Source of the DNA: Neoechinorhynchus agilis
Taxonomy: Eukaryota > Animalia > Acanthocephala
NCBI GenBank assembly: GCA_051530055.1
Contig: CM121341.1
Coordinates: 9,092,784 to 9,156,783 of the forward strand
Reading direction: 5' to 3'
DNA length: 64,000 nt
Shown here: positions 12,528 to 25,500 of the stretch, piece by piece
How positions within the stretch are numbered: position 1 is the stretch's first letter
How the letters are laid out: every line of letters starts with the position of its first letter
Position numbers and translations under genes: made by a program
Notes under the pieces: generated by a model
Databases searched by the model: none
What the model saw: the letters and a program-made list of their open reading frames with translations, nothing else
What the model was told of the DNA's origin: nothing

Positions 12528-13274
12528 CTATGAGGCCCACATTCTCAATTGTTTAAGATCATCATCTTCTTCGGCTTCAGGTTCGTTCTTTTCTCTAACC
12601 GTCGATTTCACAACACTTGTTACAGTTCCCTGTTGCTCGGTGGTGGTGGTGGTGGCGGTGGTGGTGGTGGTGGTTGCAATCGCTGGCACATGAGGGAGAG
12701 GGCCCACTTGCATCATTTGTTTCTCTAGCTCCTCTTGCTCCAATTGTTCAAGTTCGTTCATGAGTTCATCTTCGTCAAAGTCACGCGAAGCTCCAGCCAC
12801 CGGATTAGATATTGCATTGGCGATTTCACTAGCAATCTCATGCTGCTCAGCAATATCATCGATGATATCGTAAACTTTGTCGGGATCAATGTTCTGATTC
12901 ACACTTCGCATTGCCTTTACTGCATAGGACATAACCTTAAGGATGTCGGCGTTTGATTGAGCGTTCTGGATGGCCTCACGTTGATACTCGAGTGTCGTTA
13001 TGATCCCATCGGTTTGCTCCAACTGCTTTTCCAGCCTTTTCTTTTCTTTTAAAGCACCTAAAGCTTGGCGCTTGTTTTTGGTTCCAAATCTTCGCGCCCG
13101 TTGAACACATTCGTCGATTTTATCTTCCAAATGTACTTGGCGCTTTTGCATTAAATCAATGAGTTCTGTAATACGTTCGGCTGCTTGTTGTGGATTCGGC
13201 GCTGAGGACCCTCCGGATGAACCTGACGAAGATCCGGATCTATTTCCGAATAACTTGTTTAAAAACCCCGACAT
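12528..13274 (-). CDS. CHMP4: ESCRT-III SNF7/CHMP4, intronless
   Basis: GTKNKRQALGALKEKKRLEKQLEQTDG, FDEDELMNELEQLEQEEL, C-terminal DDLKQLRMWAS; poly-Thr tract from an (ACC)n run. Confidence 0.95.
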   Translation of the reverse strand: MSGFLNKLFGNRSGSSSGSSGGSSAPNPQQAAERITELIDLMQKRQVHLEDKIDECVQRARRFGTKNKRQALGALKEKKRLEKQLEQTDGIITTLEYQREAIQNAQSNADILKVMSYAVKAMRSVNQNIDPDKVYDIIDDIAEQHEIASEIANAISNPVAGASRDFDEDELMNELEQLEQEELEKQMMQVGPLPHVPAIATTTTTTATTTTTEQQGTVTSVVKSTVREKNEPEAEEDDDLKQLRMWAS

Positions 13275-13721
13275 GGATTCGTCTGCAAAATAAAAGCGAA
13301 CGACGTAAACAAAAAAAGGCGTCCTGGGATCGCTCGCTCACACAAAAACCAACAAGTGCATGTTTGACTCCTTTGATTCTTCCGTATTACGCGCGCATTC
13401 AAACTTTTTTGGGATAAAAGAGTGTTGTTTTTATCTTTCTCAATTTAGGAGCCGAAGACGTGTGTGTGTGTTTGCAAATCAACGTACCGTCACCAAATGC
13501 GTATATTTCAGAAGAACGTCTCAGCTTGTTTTGGAGACTTTCGTTTCTTCTCATTAAGCGCGCACGCACACGTCTCATAAACAATTCGAGGTCATCAAGA
13601 GAAGTGGTCATGACGACACGTGTTTTTCTCTTATTCTTCCGAACATTGTTTGTGTGTGGGGCGTTTTTCTCCTGCCCGTTTCTTCGTTTTCTTCAGTAGA
13701 GGTCACCACCACCACCACCGA

Positions 13722-14228
13722 ATGGAGCATCAACACGATCCATCATCTTCTGCTGCTAGGAAGTTCGATGATGACCACACCGATCCCGATTGCATTGACG
13801 ACTTCTTCCACCAAACAACGATCGAACTCGTTTCACCTCGAAAACTTATCGTTGCAATATTCTTTTTGGCGTTTTCGTGGATATTTAGCTCTTACACGAT
13901 TACTCTGGCCGATGAACGATCTCCAGATCCTAACCAATACAGACCTCTACCCGATATATTTATAGACAACGTCACGAGGATCCCGTGGGCCGCTACGGTC
14001 AGTGAAGTCATTATTGTCGCTTTCGGCATCCTATTCCTTCTATTAGTCACTTTCCATCGATATAGGACACTCATCGTGGTCAGATGCTGCGTTATCCTTT
14101 CTACTCTTTATCTTTTCAGAGCCATGACTATCTGGGTCACCAGTATGCCCGTAGTTGGATCTCATCTCAATTGTAGATCGGTGAAACCTAACACTCTTAC
14201 AGGCAGAATTGAACGAGCTGCTCATGTT
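13722..14228 (+). CDS. Sphingomyelin synthase family (SGMS/SAMD8-like), 5' half
   Basis: PLPD motif, RIPWA, LYLFRAMTIWVTSMPVVGSHLNC...RIERAAHV; ATG at 13722; no SAM domain seen; homology stops at 14228-14231 without a canonical donor. Confidence 0.88.
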
Positions 14229-14364
14229 TTACAAACCTGCATTGGCCCACGGATAATCGCGTTTCCGGTTTCACGGCCCTCTACTTATCGCCTTCTTCTT
14301 CTATTACGAAAATTTCCCGTTTCTGCTCCTAAAATGTCGTCGATGCAAGCGGCAGAGGGGAATA

Positions 14365-16020
14365 TTACACCCATGAAGCGTTCTCTAGAAATATATAAAA
14401 AGAAATTTCTAGTTTTTAGATTATAAATTGTGATTTTTAACGCCAGAATTGCAAGTTGTCGCTTGGAAAGTTTTGATTAGAGTTCGTATATTCTTCTATT
14501 TCATAAGAAGTTCAGATTTTGATGGTTTTATGACGATCTAAACGATGAAAATAAGGGCGCATTTTTAAAACTCGAAAATTCTCAAGTCTTTTTTAAAAAA
14601 ATTATCCCCAAGATCTTTAGCAGGCGATTTCAGTCTATAATTTACCGATTAATGTCGATATCTGACGAGGAGGTACTAAGGGGCGGGGGAATGCGTAAAT
14701 AAATTATTGTTTAAAAGTCTTCATCCGCCTTAAATATTGATTTTATAGTTATTAAAAGCATCTTCAAATAATTTTGACTTTTATCTTACAGCCATGAAGC
14801 GTTCTCTAGAAATATATAAAAAGAAATTTCTAGTTTTTAGATTATAAATTGTGATTTTTAACGCCAGAATTGCAAGTTGTCGCTTGGAAAGTTTTGATTA
14901 GAGTTCGTATATTCTTCTATTTCATAAGAAGTTCAGATTTTGATGGTTTTATGACGATCTAAACGATGAAAATAAGGGCGCATTTTTAAAACTCGAAAAT
15001 TCTCAAGTCTTTTTTAAAAAAATTATCCCCAAGATCTTTAGCAGGCGATTTCAGTCTATAATTTACCGATTAATGTCGATATCTGACGAGGAGGTACTAA
15101 GGGGCGGGGGAATGCGTAAAGGAATTATTGTTTAAAAGTCTTCATCCGCCTTAAATATTGTTTGTAGTTATTAAAAGCATCTTCAAATAATTTTGACTTT
15201 TATCTTACAGCCATGAAGCGTTCTCTAGAAATATATAAAAAGAAATTTCTAGTTTTTAGATTATAAATTGTGATTTTTAACGCCAGAATTGCAAGTTGTC
15301 GCTTGGAAAGTTTTGATTAGAGTTCGTATATTCTTCTATTTCATAAGAAGTTCAGATTTTGATGGTTTTATGACGATCTAAACGATGAAAATAAGGGCGC
15401 ATTTTAAAACTCGAAAATTCTCAAGTCTTTTTTAAAAAAATTATCCCCAAGATCTTTAGTAGGCGATTTCAGTCTATAATTTACCGATTAATGTCGATAT
15501 CTGACGAGGAGGTACTAAGGGCGGGGGAATGCGTAAATAAATTATTGTTAAAAGTCTTCATCCGCCTTAAATTTTTTTAGTTATTAAAAGCATCTTCAAA
15601 TAATTTTGACTTTTATCTTACAGCCATGAAGCGTTCTCTAGAAATATATAAAAAGAAATTTCTAGTTTTTAGATTATAAATTATGATTTTTAACGCCAGA
15701 ATTGCAAGTTGTCGCTAGAAAAGTTTTGATTAGAGTTCGTATATTCTTCTATTCCATAAGAAGTTCAGATTTTGATGGTTTTATGACGGTCTAAACGATG
15801 AAAATAAGGGCGCATTTTTAAAACTCGAAAATTCTCAAGTCTTTTTTAAAAAAATTATCCCCAAGATCTTTAGTAGGCGATTTCAGTCTCTAATTAACCG
15901 ATTAATGTCGATATCTGACGAGGAGGTACTAAGGGGCGGGGGAATGCGTAAAGGAATTATTGTTTAAAAGTCTTCATCCGCCTTAAATATTGGGTTTTTG
16001 AGGTTATTAAAAACATCTTC
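14365..16020. repeat. Tandem array, ~420-bp unit, ~3.9 copies
   Basis: ccatgaagcgttctctag restarts at 14371, 14792, 15211, 15624; same family at 42130-43390. Confidence 0.96.
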
Positions 16021-16300
16021 TGATGGTGAACCCACGGTGAGGTTCGTAGAGAACGTCTTTAATAATTATTTACAGCGGATGAAGACTTTTAAACAATAAT
16101 TCCAAAGACTTCTAAATAACACTCCTAATGCAAATTAAAAGAATTTATTGATTCCAATATTTCGGCAAGGCACGATCTTGTACGCAATTAAAAAGAGTAC
16201 AGGATTGTGCCTCGTCGAAAACAATCGGCAATTTTAAAATAAAATCAAATTTCTACGCGCTAGAAAACAACCACTTTATGAACAGTTCAATCTTCAAACA

Positions 16301-16458
16301 GAATTCATTGATTCCAATATTTCGGCAATTCACAATCTTGTACGCATTCTTTATCAAAATTTCTTGTAGGTTTTTAAATATGTAAGTTCATGTAAGAAAC
16401 CTTGATAAAGAATGCGTACAAGATTGTGCCTTGCCGAAATATTGGAATCAATGAATTC
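16301..16458. repeat. Long inverted repeat (57-bp arms), member of a dispersed palindromic family
   Basis: 16301-16357 matches the reverse complement of 16402-16458 with 2 mismatches; a further arm copy lies at ~16143-16180. Confidence 0.9.
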
Positions 16459-17629
16459 TTCTAATTTTTACACGCCAGCCGCAAACATGAACAATTTAAT
16501 CTTCAAACACTTCTGATAAACTTTAGCTCTGAATCATTGTTTAAGTGGGTCAAGTGGTTGTTCATAATCCACGATCGCCGTGAAGGAAGGAGGAAACTCA
16601 CTGATCGGTGTGCTGTGTGCCTAAAACAAAAATAATCAGCAGTGTAAGGGATGTTCACTTTTAGAATTTAGTTCAGAAACCGATTGTTCAATTATCTATG
16701 TGTTCTTTAGCGATGAGAAGAGATATTGATTCCCTTTTTCACAATATTTCGTCTCGATCTATGCTTCTCATCGCCGTAAAAAAACACTATGATTACCTTC
16801 TTTTTATCCTTCATTTCTTGTTGATTTTTCATGATCGTTTGTTGGAGAATACGGACATTTTAAAGAGTTTTAAAGGTAAAACGCACTAGAGAAAAGCCAA
16901 CCTTTTAAATTCGCCTTTTTGCTTACAAAATATCAGCAATAGAAAGAAAAAGAGAGAAAAGGACAGTAGTTACAATTCTCGAGACTCTTTAACCCAAGTA
17001 AGACAATGGATTGCGCAATCGTTTGGTGTGAAACTCCTAGATGGTAAGAATGTTGCCTATGACTCTTACACTCGTGATTAGAATGGCTACGAAAACACAA
17101 CTACAATTTGAAATGAGATAGAAGCACTGTTGAAAATGGAGTATTTTTCCAGAATGATGATCTTTGTTCCCCAAAGGCAATAAGTTTTTTACTGTACCTT
17201 TTGGAAATGAGTACACTAAACCATCTATAAAGATTCTGATAGCTCCAGCTGAGAACGTAACGTTCTGTTTGTATGTAGAGATTTTGTCGACCAAAGTTAC
17301 TGGTCTTTCTAAATAAAGATAATCTTCACCTGGAGATATCTGTCACAACACTTCGGGATTATGTAATGCTTTTAGGGATTTGCAAGGATGATTGTCTAGA
17401 ATGAGTCATGCGAGCATTGTTACACTAAATTCTGAGTTTAAAAAAAGTGAATTTTTTAATTACGGAAAAAAGGCCACGCTCTTTAAAAAAAATAAAGAAT
17501 TCTTATACAAATTATGGAAATGGCTAAGAAATTGGCTTCTTTGTCATTATATTTATAAACTTTAGCCAACGACCAAGCGCATAGAACAAAGTTTTAGGAA
17601 ATGGTATCTTAAATAGAATGTGAATTTTC

Positions 17630-20600
17630 GTGTATGCATTTTCCATACTTGAAACTAAAAGTTTTAAATTGATTTCTCGTGCTTTGGTCAAAGTTCCTTT
17701 TCCCCTCCCGAATGTCGTTTGCTCTGAAGAAAAACATTAGCAAAGAATTTGAAGCATTTTTGGATTCGAGAAGCCTAATTTTTTTATGGAACATTGCATT
17801 TTCCATACTTGAAACTAAAAGTTTTAAATTGATTTCCCGTACTTTGGTCAAAGTTCCTTTTCCCCTCCCGAATGTCGTTTGCTCTGAAGGAAAACATTGA
17901 CAAAGAATTTGAAGCATTTTTAGATTCGAAAAGCCTAATTTCTTATGGAACATTGCATTTTCCATACTTGAAACTAAAAGTTTTAAATTGATTTCCTGTG
18001 CTTTGGTCAAAATTCGTTTACCCCTCCCGAATGTCGTTTGCTCTGAAGAAAAACATTAGCAAAGAATTTGAAGCATTTTTAGATTCGAAAAGCCTAACTT
18101 CTTATGGAACCTTGCATTTTCCATACTTGAAACTAAAAGTTTTAAATTGATTTCCCGTGCTTTGGTCAAAGTTCCTTCCTCCCGAATGTCGTTCGCTCTG
18201 AAGAAAAACATTAGCAAAGAATTTGAAGCATTTTTAGATTCGAAAAGCCTAATTTTTTTATGGAACATTGCATTTTCCATACTTGAAACTAAAAGTTTTA
18301 AATTGATTTCCCGTGCTTTGGTCAAAGTTCCTTCCCCCTCCCGAATGTCGTTTGCTCTGAAGGAAAACATTGACAAAGAATTTGAAGCATTTTTAGATTC
18401 GAAAAGCCTAATTTCTTATGGAACATTGCATTTTCCATACTTGAAACTAAAAGTTTTAAATTGATTTCCCGTGCTTTGGTCAAAGTTCATTCCCCCTCCC
18501 GAATGTCGTTTGCTCTGAAGGAAAACATTGACAAAGAATTTGAAGCATTTTTAGATTCGAAAAGCCTAATTTCTTATGGAACATTGCATTTTCCATACTT
18601 GAAACTAAAAGTTTTAAAGTGATTTCCCGTGCTTTGGTCAAACTTCCTTCCTCCCGAATGTCGTTTGCTCTGAAGGAAAACATTGACAAAGAATTTGAAG
18701 CATTTTTAGATTCGAAAAGCCTAATTTCTTATGGAACATTGCATTTTCCATACTTGAAACTAAAAGTTTTAAAGTGATTTCCCGTGCTTTGGTCAAACTT
18801 CCTTCCTCCCGAATGTCGTTTGCTCTGAAGGAAAACATTGACAAAGAATTTGAAGCATTTTTAGATTCGAAAAGCCTAATTTCTTATGGAACATTGCATT
18901 TTCCATACTTGAAACTAAAAGTTTTAAATTGATTTCCCGTGCTTTGGTCAAAGTTCCTTTCCCCTCCCGAATGTCGTTTGCTCTGAAGGAAAACATTGAC
19001 AAAGAATTTGAAGCATTTTTAGATTCGAAAAGCCTAATTTCTTATGGAACATTGCATTTTCCATACTTGAAACTAAAAGTTTTAAATTGATTTCCCGTGC
19101 TTTGGTCAAAGTTCCTTCCCCCTCCCGAATGTCGTTTGCTCTGAAGAAAAACATTGACAAAGAATTTGAAGCATTTTTAGATTCGAAAAGCCTAATTTCT
19201 TATGGAACATTGCATTTTCCATACTTGAAACTAAAAGTTTTAAATTGATTTCCCGTGCTTTGGTCAAAGTTCCTTCCTCCCGAATGTCGTTTGCTCTGAA
19301 GGAAAACATTGACAAAGAATTTGAAGCATTTTTAGATTCGAAAAGCCTAATTCTTATGGAACATTGCATTTTCCATACTTGAAACTAAAAGTTTTAAATT
19401 GATTTCCGTGCTTGGTCAAAGTTCCTTCCTCCCGAATGTCGTTTGCTCTGAAGGAAAACATTGACAAAGAATTTGAAGCATTTTTAGATTCGAAAAGCCT
19501 AATTTCTTATGGAACATTGCATTTTCCATACTTGAAACTAAGTTTTAAATTGATTTCTCGTGCTTTGGTCAAAGTTCCTTTCCCCTCCCGAATGTCGTTT
19601 GCTCTGAAGGAAAACATTGACAAAGAATTTGAAGCATTTTTAGATTCGAAAAGCCTAATTTCTTATGGAACATTGCATTTTCCATACTTGAAACTAAAAG
19701 TTTTAAATTGATTTCCCGTGCTTTGGTCAAAGTTCCTTTCCCCTCCCGAATGTCGTTTGCTCTGAAGGAAAACATTGACAAAGAATTTGAAGCATTTTTA
19801 GATTCGAAAAGCCTAATTTCTTATGGAACATTGCATTTTCCATACTTGAAACTAAAAGTTTTAAATTGATTTCCCGTGCTTTGGTCAAAGTTCCTTTCCC
19901 CTCCCGAATGTCGTTTGCTCTGAAGAAAAACATTGACAAAGAATTTGAAGCATTTTTAGATTCGAAAAGCCTAATTTCTTATGGAACATTGCATTTTCCA
20001 TACTTGAAACTAAAAGTTTTAAATTGATTTCCCGTGCTTTGGTCAAAGTTCCTTCCTCCCGAATGTCGTTTGCTCTGAAGGAAAACATTGACAAAGAATT
20101 TGAAGCATTTTTAGATTCGAAAAGCCTAATTTCTTATGGAACATTGCATTTTCCATACTTGAAACTAAAAGTTTTAAATTGATTTCCCGTGCTTTGGTCA
20201 AAGTTCCTTCCCCCTCCCGAATGTCGTTTGCTCTGAAGGAAAACATTGACAAAGAATTTGAAGCATTTTTAGATTCGAAAAGCCTAATTTCTTATGGAAC
20301 ATTGCATTTTCCATACTTGAAACTAAAAGTTTTAAATTGATTTCCCGTGCTTTGGTCAAAGTTCATTCCCCCTCCCGAATGTCGTTTGCTCTGAAGGAAA
20401 ACATTGACAAAGAATTTGAAGCATTTTTAGATTCGAAAAGCCTAATTTCTTATGGAACATTGCATTTTCCATACTTGAAACTAAAAGTTTTAAATTGATT
20501 TCCCGTGCTTTGGTCAAAGTTCCTTCCTCCCGAATGTCGTTTGCTCTGAAGGAAAACATTGACAAAGAATTTGAAGCATTTTTAGATTCGAAAAGCCTAA

Positions 20601-23600
20601 TTTCTTATGGAACATTGCATTTTCCATACTTGAAACTAAAAGTTTTAAATTGATTTCCCGTGCTTTGGTCAAAGTTCCTTCCTCCCGAATGTCGTTTGCT
20701 CTGAAGGAAAACATTGACAAAGAATTTGAAGCATTTTTAGATTCGAAAAGCCTAATTTCTTATGGAACATTGCATTTTCCATACTTGAAACTAAAAGTTT
20801 TAAATTGATTTCCCGTGCTTTGGTCAAAGTTCCTTCCCCCTCCCGAATGTCGTTTGCTCTGAAGGAAAACATTGACAAAGAATTTGAAGCATTTTTAGAT
20901 TCGAAAAGCCTAATTTCTTATGGAACATTGCATTTTCCATACTTGAAACTAAAAGTTTTAAATTGATTTCCCGTGCTTTGGTCAAAGTTCCTTTCCCCTC
21001 CCGAATGTCGTTTGCTCTGAAGGAAAACATTGACAAAGAATTTGAAGCATTTTTAGATTCGAAAAGCCTAATTTCTTATGGAACATTGCATTTTCCATAC
21101 TTGAAACTAAAAGTTTTAAATTGATTTCCCGTGCTTTGGTCAAAGTTCATTCCCCCTCCCGAATGTCGTTTGCTCTGAAGAAAAACATTAACAAAGAATT
21201 TGAAGCATTTTAAGATTCGAAAAGCCTAATTTCTTATGGAACATTGCATTTTCCATACTTGAAACTAAAAGTTTTAAAGTGATTTCCCGTGCTTTGGTCA
21301 AACTTCCTTCCTCCCGAATGTCGTTTGCTCTGAAGGAAAACATTGACAAAGAATTTGAAGCATTTTTAGATTCGAAAAGCCTAATTTCTTATGGAACATT
21401 GCATTTTCCATACTTGAAACTAAAAGTTTTAAATTGATTTCTCGTGCTTTGGTCAAAGTTCCTTCCCCCTCCCGAATGTCGTTTGCTCTGAAGAAAAACA
21501 TTGACAAAGAATTTGAAGCATTTTTAGATTCGAAAAGCCTAATTTCTTATGGAACATTGCATTTTCCATACTTGAAACTAAAAGTTTTAAATTGATTTCC
21601 CGTGCTTTGGTCAAACTTCCTTCCTCCCGAATGTCGTTTGCTCTGAAGGAAAACATTGACAAAGAATTTGAAGCATTTTTAGATTCGAAAAGCCTAATTT
21701 CTTATGGAACATTGCATTTTCCATACTTGAAACTAAAAGTTTTAAAGTGATTTCCCGTGCTTTGGTCAAACTTCCTTCCTCCCGAATGTCGTTCGCTCTG
21801 AAGAAAAACATTGGCAAAGAATTTGAAGCATTTTTAGATTCGAAAAGCCTAATTTCTTATGGAACATTGCATTTTCCATACTTGAAACTAAAAGTTTTAA
21901 ATTGATTTCCCGTGCTTTGGTCAAAGTTCCTTTCCCCCTCCCGAATGTCGTTTGCTCTGAAGGAAAACATTGACAAAGAATTTGAAGCATTTTTAGATTC
22001 GAAAAGCCTAATTTCTTATGGAACATTGCATTTTCCATACTTGAAACTAAAAGTTTTAAAGTGATTTCCCGTGCTTTGGTCAAACTTCCTCCCGAATGTC
22101 GTTTGCTCTGAAGGAAAACATTGACAAAGAATTTGAAGCATTTTTAGATTCGAAAAGCCTAATTTTTTATGGAACATTGCATTTTCCATACTTGAAACTA
22201 AAAGTTTTAAATTGATTTCTCGTGCTTTGGTCAAAGTTCCTTTCCCCTCCCGAATGTCGTTTGCTCTGAAGAAAAACATTAGCAAAGAATTTGAAGCATT
22301 TTTAGATTCGAAAAGCCTAATTTCTTATGGAACATTGCATTTTCCATACTTGAAACTAAAAGTTTTAAATTGATTTCCCGTGCTTTCAGTTCTTTCCCCT
22401 CCGAATGTCGTTTGCTCTGAAGGAAAACATTGACAAAGAATTTGAAGCATTTTTAGATTCGAAAAGCCTAATTTTTTATGGAACATTGCATTTTCCATAC
22501 TTGAAACTAAAAGTTTTAAATTGATTTCTCGTGGTTTGGTCAAAGTTCCTTTCCCCCTCCCGAATGTCGTTTGCTCTGAAGGAAAACATTGACAAAGAAT
22601 TTGAAGCATTTTTAGATTCGAAAAGCCTAATTTCTTATGGAACATTGCATTTTCCATACTTGAAACTAAAAGTTTTAAATTGATTTCTCGTGCTTTGGTC
22701 AAAGTTCGTTTACCCCTCCCGAATGTCGTTTGCTCTGAAGGAAAACATTGACAAAGAATTTGAAGCATTTTTAGATTCGAAAAGCCTAATTTCTTATGGA
22801 ACATTGCATTTTCCATACTTGAAACTAAAAGTTTTAAATTGATTTCTCGTGGTTTGGTCAAAGTTCCTTTACCCCTCCCGAATGTCGTTCGCTCTGAAGA
22901 AAAACATTAGCAAAGAATTTGAAGCATTTTTAGATTCGAAAAGCCTAATTTTTTTATGGAACATTGCATTTTCCATACTTGAAACTAAAAGTTTTAAATT
23001 GATTTCTCGTGCTTTGGTCAAAGTTCCTTTCCCCCTCCCGAATGTCGTTTGCTCTGAAGGAAAACATTAACAAAGAATTTGAAGCATTTTTAGATTCGAA
23101 AAGCCTAATTTTTTATGGAACATTGCATTTTCCATACTTGAAACTAAAAGTTTTAAATTGATTTCTCGTGCTTTGGTCAAAGTTCCTTTCCCCCTCCCGA
23201 ATGTCGTTTGCTCTGAAGAAAAACATTGGCAAAGAATTTGAAGCATTTTTAGATTCGAAAAGCCTAATTTTTTTATGGAACATTGCATTTTCCATACTTG
23301 AAACTAAAAGTTTTAAATTGATTTCTCGTGCTTTGGTCAAAGTTCCTTTCCCCCTCCCGAATGTCGTTTGCTCTGAAGGAAAACATTGACAAAGAATTTG
23401 AAGCATTTTTAGATTCGAAAAGCCAATTTTTTATGGAACATTGCATTTTCCATACTTGAAACTAAAAGTTTTAAATTGATTTCTCGTGCTTTGGTCAAAG
23501 TTCCTTTCCCCCTCCCGAATGTCGTTTGCTCTGAAGGAAAACATTGACAAAGAATTTGAAGCATTTTTAGATTCGAAAAGCCTAATTTCTTATGGAACAT

Positions 23601-25390
23601 TGCATTTTCCATACTTGAAACTAAAAGTTTTAAATTGATTTCCCGTGCTTTGGTCAAAGTTCCTTCCTCCCGAATGTCGTTTGCTCTGAAGAAAAACATT
23701 AGCAAAGAATTTGAAGCATTTTTAGATTCGAAAAGCCTAATTTCTTATGGAACATTGCATTTTCCATACTTGAAACTAAAAGTTTTAAATTGATTTCTCG
23801 TGGTTTGGTCAAAGTTCCTTCCTCCCGAATGTCGTTTGCTCTGAAGGAAAACATTGACAAAGAATTTGAAGCATTTTTAGATTCGAAAAGCCTAATTTCT
23901 TATGGAACATTGCATTTTCCATACTTGAAACTAAAAGTTTTAAATTGATTTCCCGTGCTTTGGTCAAAGTTCCTTCCTCCCGAATGTCGTTTGCTCTGAA
24001 GGAAAACATTGACAAAGAATTTGAAGCATTTTTAGATTCGAAAAGCCTAATTTCTTATGGAACATTGCATTTTCCATACTTGAAACTAAAAGTTTTAAAT
24101 TGATTTCTCGTGGTTTGGTCAAAGTTCCTTTACCCCTCCCGAATGTCGTTCGCTCTGAAGAAAAACATTAGCAAAGAATTTGAAGCATTTTTAGATTCGA
24201 AAAGCCTAATTTTTTTATGGAACATTGCATTTTCCATACTTGAAACTAAAAGTTTTAAATTGATTTCTCGTGGTTTGGTCAAAGTTCCTTTCCCCCTCCC
24301 GAATGTCGTTTGCTCTGAAGAAAAACATTAGCAAAGAATTTGAAGCATTTTTAGATTCGAAAAGCCTAATTTTTTTATGGAACATTGCATTTTCCATACT
24401 TGAAACTAAAAGTTTTAAATTGATTTCTCGTGCTTTGGTCAAAGTTCCTTTCCCCCTCCCGAATGTCGTTCGCTCTGAAGAAAAACATTAGCAAAGAATT
24501 TGAAGCATTTTTAGATTCGAAAAGCCTAATTTTTTTATGGAACATTGCATTTTCCATACTTGAAACTAAAAGTTTTAAATTGATTTCTCGTGCTTTGGTC
24601 AAAGTTCCTTTCCCCCTCCCGAATGTCGTTTGCTCTGAAGGAAAACATTGACAAAGAATTTGAAGCATTTTTAGATTCGAAAAGCCAATTTTTTATGGAA
24701 CATTGCATTTTCCATACTTGAAACTAAAAGTTTTAAATTGATTTCTCGTGCTTTGGTCAAAGTTCCTTTCCCCCTCCCGAATGTCGTTTGCTCTGAAGGA
24801 AAACATTGACAAAGAATTTGAAGCATTTTTAGATTCGAAAAGCCTAATTTCTTATGGAACATTGCATTTTCCATACTTGAAACTAAAAGTTTTAAATTGA
24901 TTTCCCGTGCTTTGGTCAAAGTTCCTTCCTCCCGAATGTCGTTTGCTCTGAAGGAAAACATTGACAAAGAATTTGAAGCATTTTTAGATTCGAAAAGCCT
25001 AATTTTTTATGGAACATTGCATTTTCCATACTTGAAACTAAAAGTTTTAAATTGATTTCTCGTGGTTTGGTCAAAGTTCCTTTCCCCTCCCGAATGTCGT
25101 TTGCTCTGAAGGAAAACATTGACAAAGAATTTGAAGCATTTTTAGATTCGAAAAGCCTAATTTCTTATGGAACATTGCATTTTCCATACTTGAAACTAAA
25201 AGTTTTAAATTGATTTCCCGTGCTTTGGTCAAAGTTCCTTCCTCCCGAATGTCGTTTGCTCTGAAGGAAAACATTGACAAAGAATTTGAAGCATTTTTAG
25301 ATTCGAAAAGCCTAATTTTTTCATGGAACATTGCATTTTCCATACTTGAAACTAAAAATTTTAAATTGATTTCCCCTACTTTGGTCAAAC
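17630..25390. repeat. Satellite array, ~155-160-bp monomer, ~49 copies
   Basis: Monomer ..ccgtgctttggtcaaagttccttcctcccgaatgtcgtttgctctgaaggaaaacattgacaaagaatttgaagcatttttagattcgaaaagcc.. repeated head-to-tail with few variant sites. Confidence 0.98.
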
Positions 25391-25500
25391 TTCCTTTCCT
25401 GCTCAAAAAGCAGTCTCTAGAGAGCATTCATGTTTTTTCGATAGAACTCCTCAAACCGAATTTCTGGCTCTTCTACCATTGCGAATCGTGGTTCAATGTT

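Noticed and set aside
8285-13699. Antisense and alternative-frame ORFs overlapping PHB1, SNF7 and SMS
   Set aside because: Shadow ORFs of real genes; no independent motifs.
17609-25427. Dozens of near-identical 68-178 aa ORFs in the track
   Set aside because: Translations of the 158-bp satellite on both strands; frames shift with homopolymer variants; no protein motif.
14229-25495. The SMS-interrupting block as a single intact transposon (hAT, LTR or Helitron)
   Set aside because: No transposase or RT ORF, no LTRs, only ~7/13 identity between putative terminal repeats, no TC..CTRR ends.
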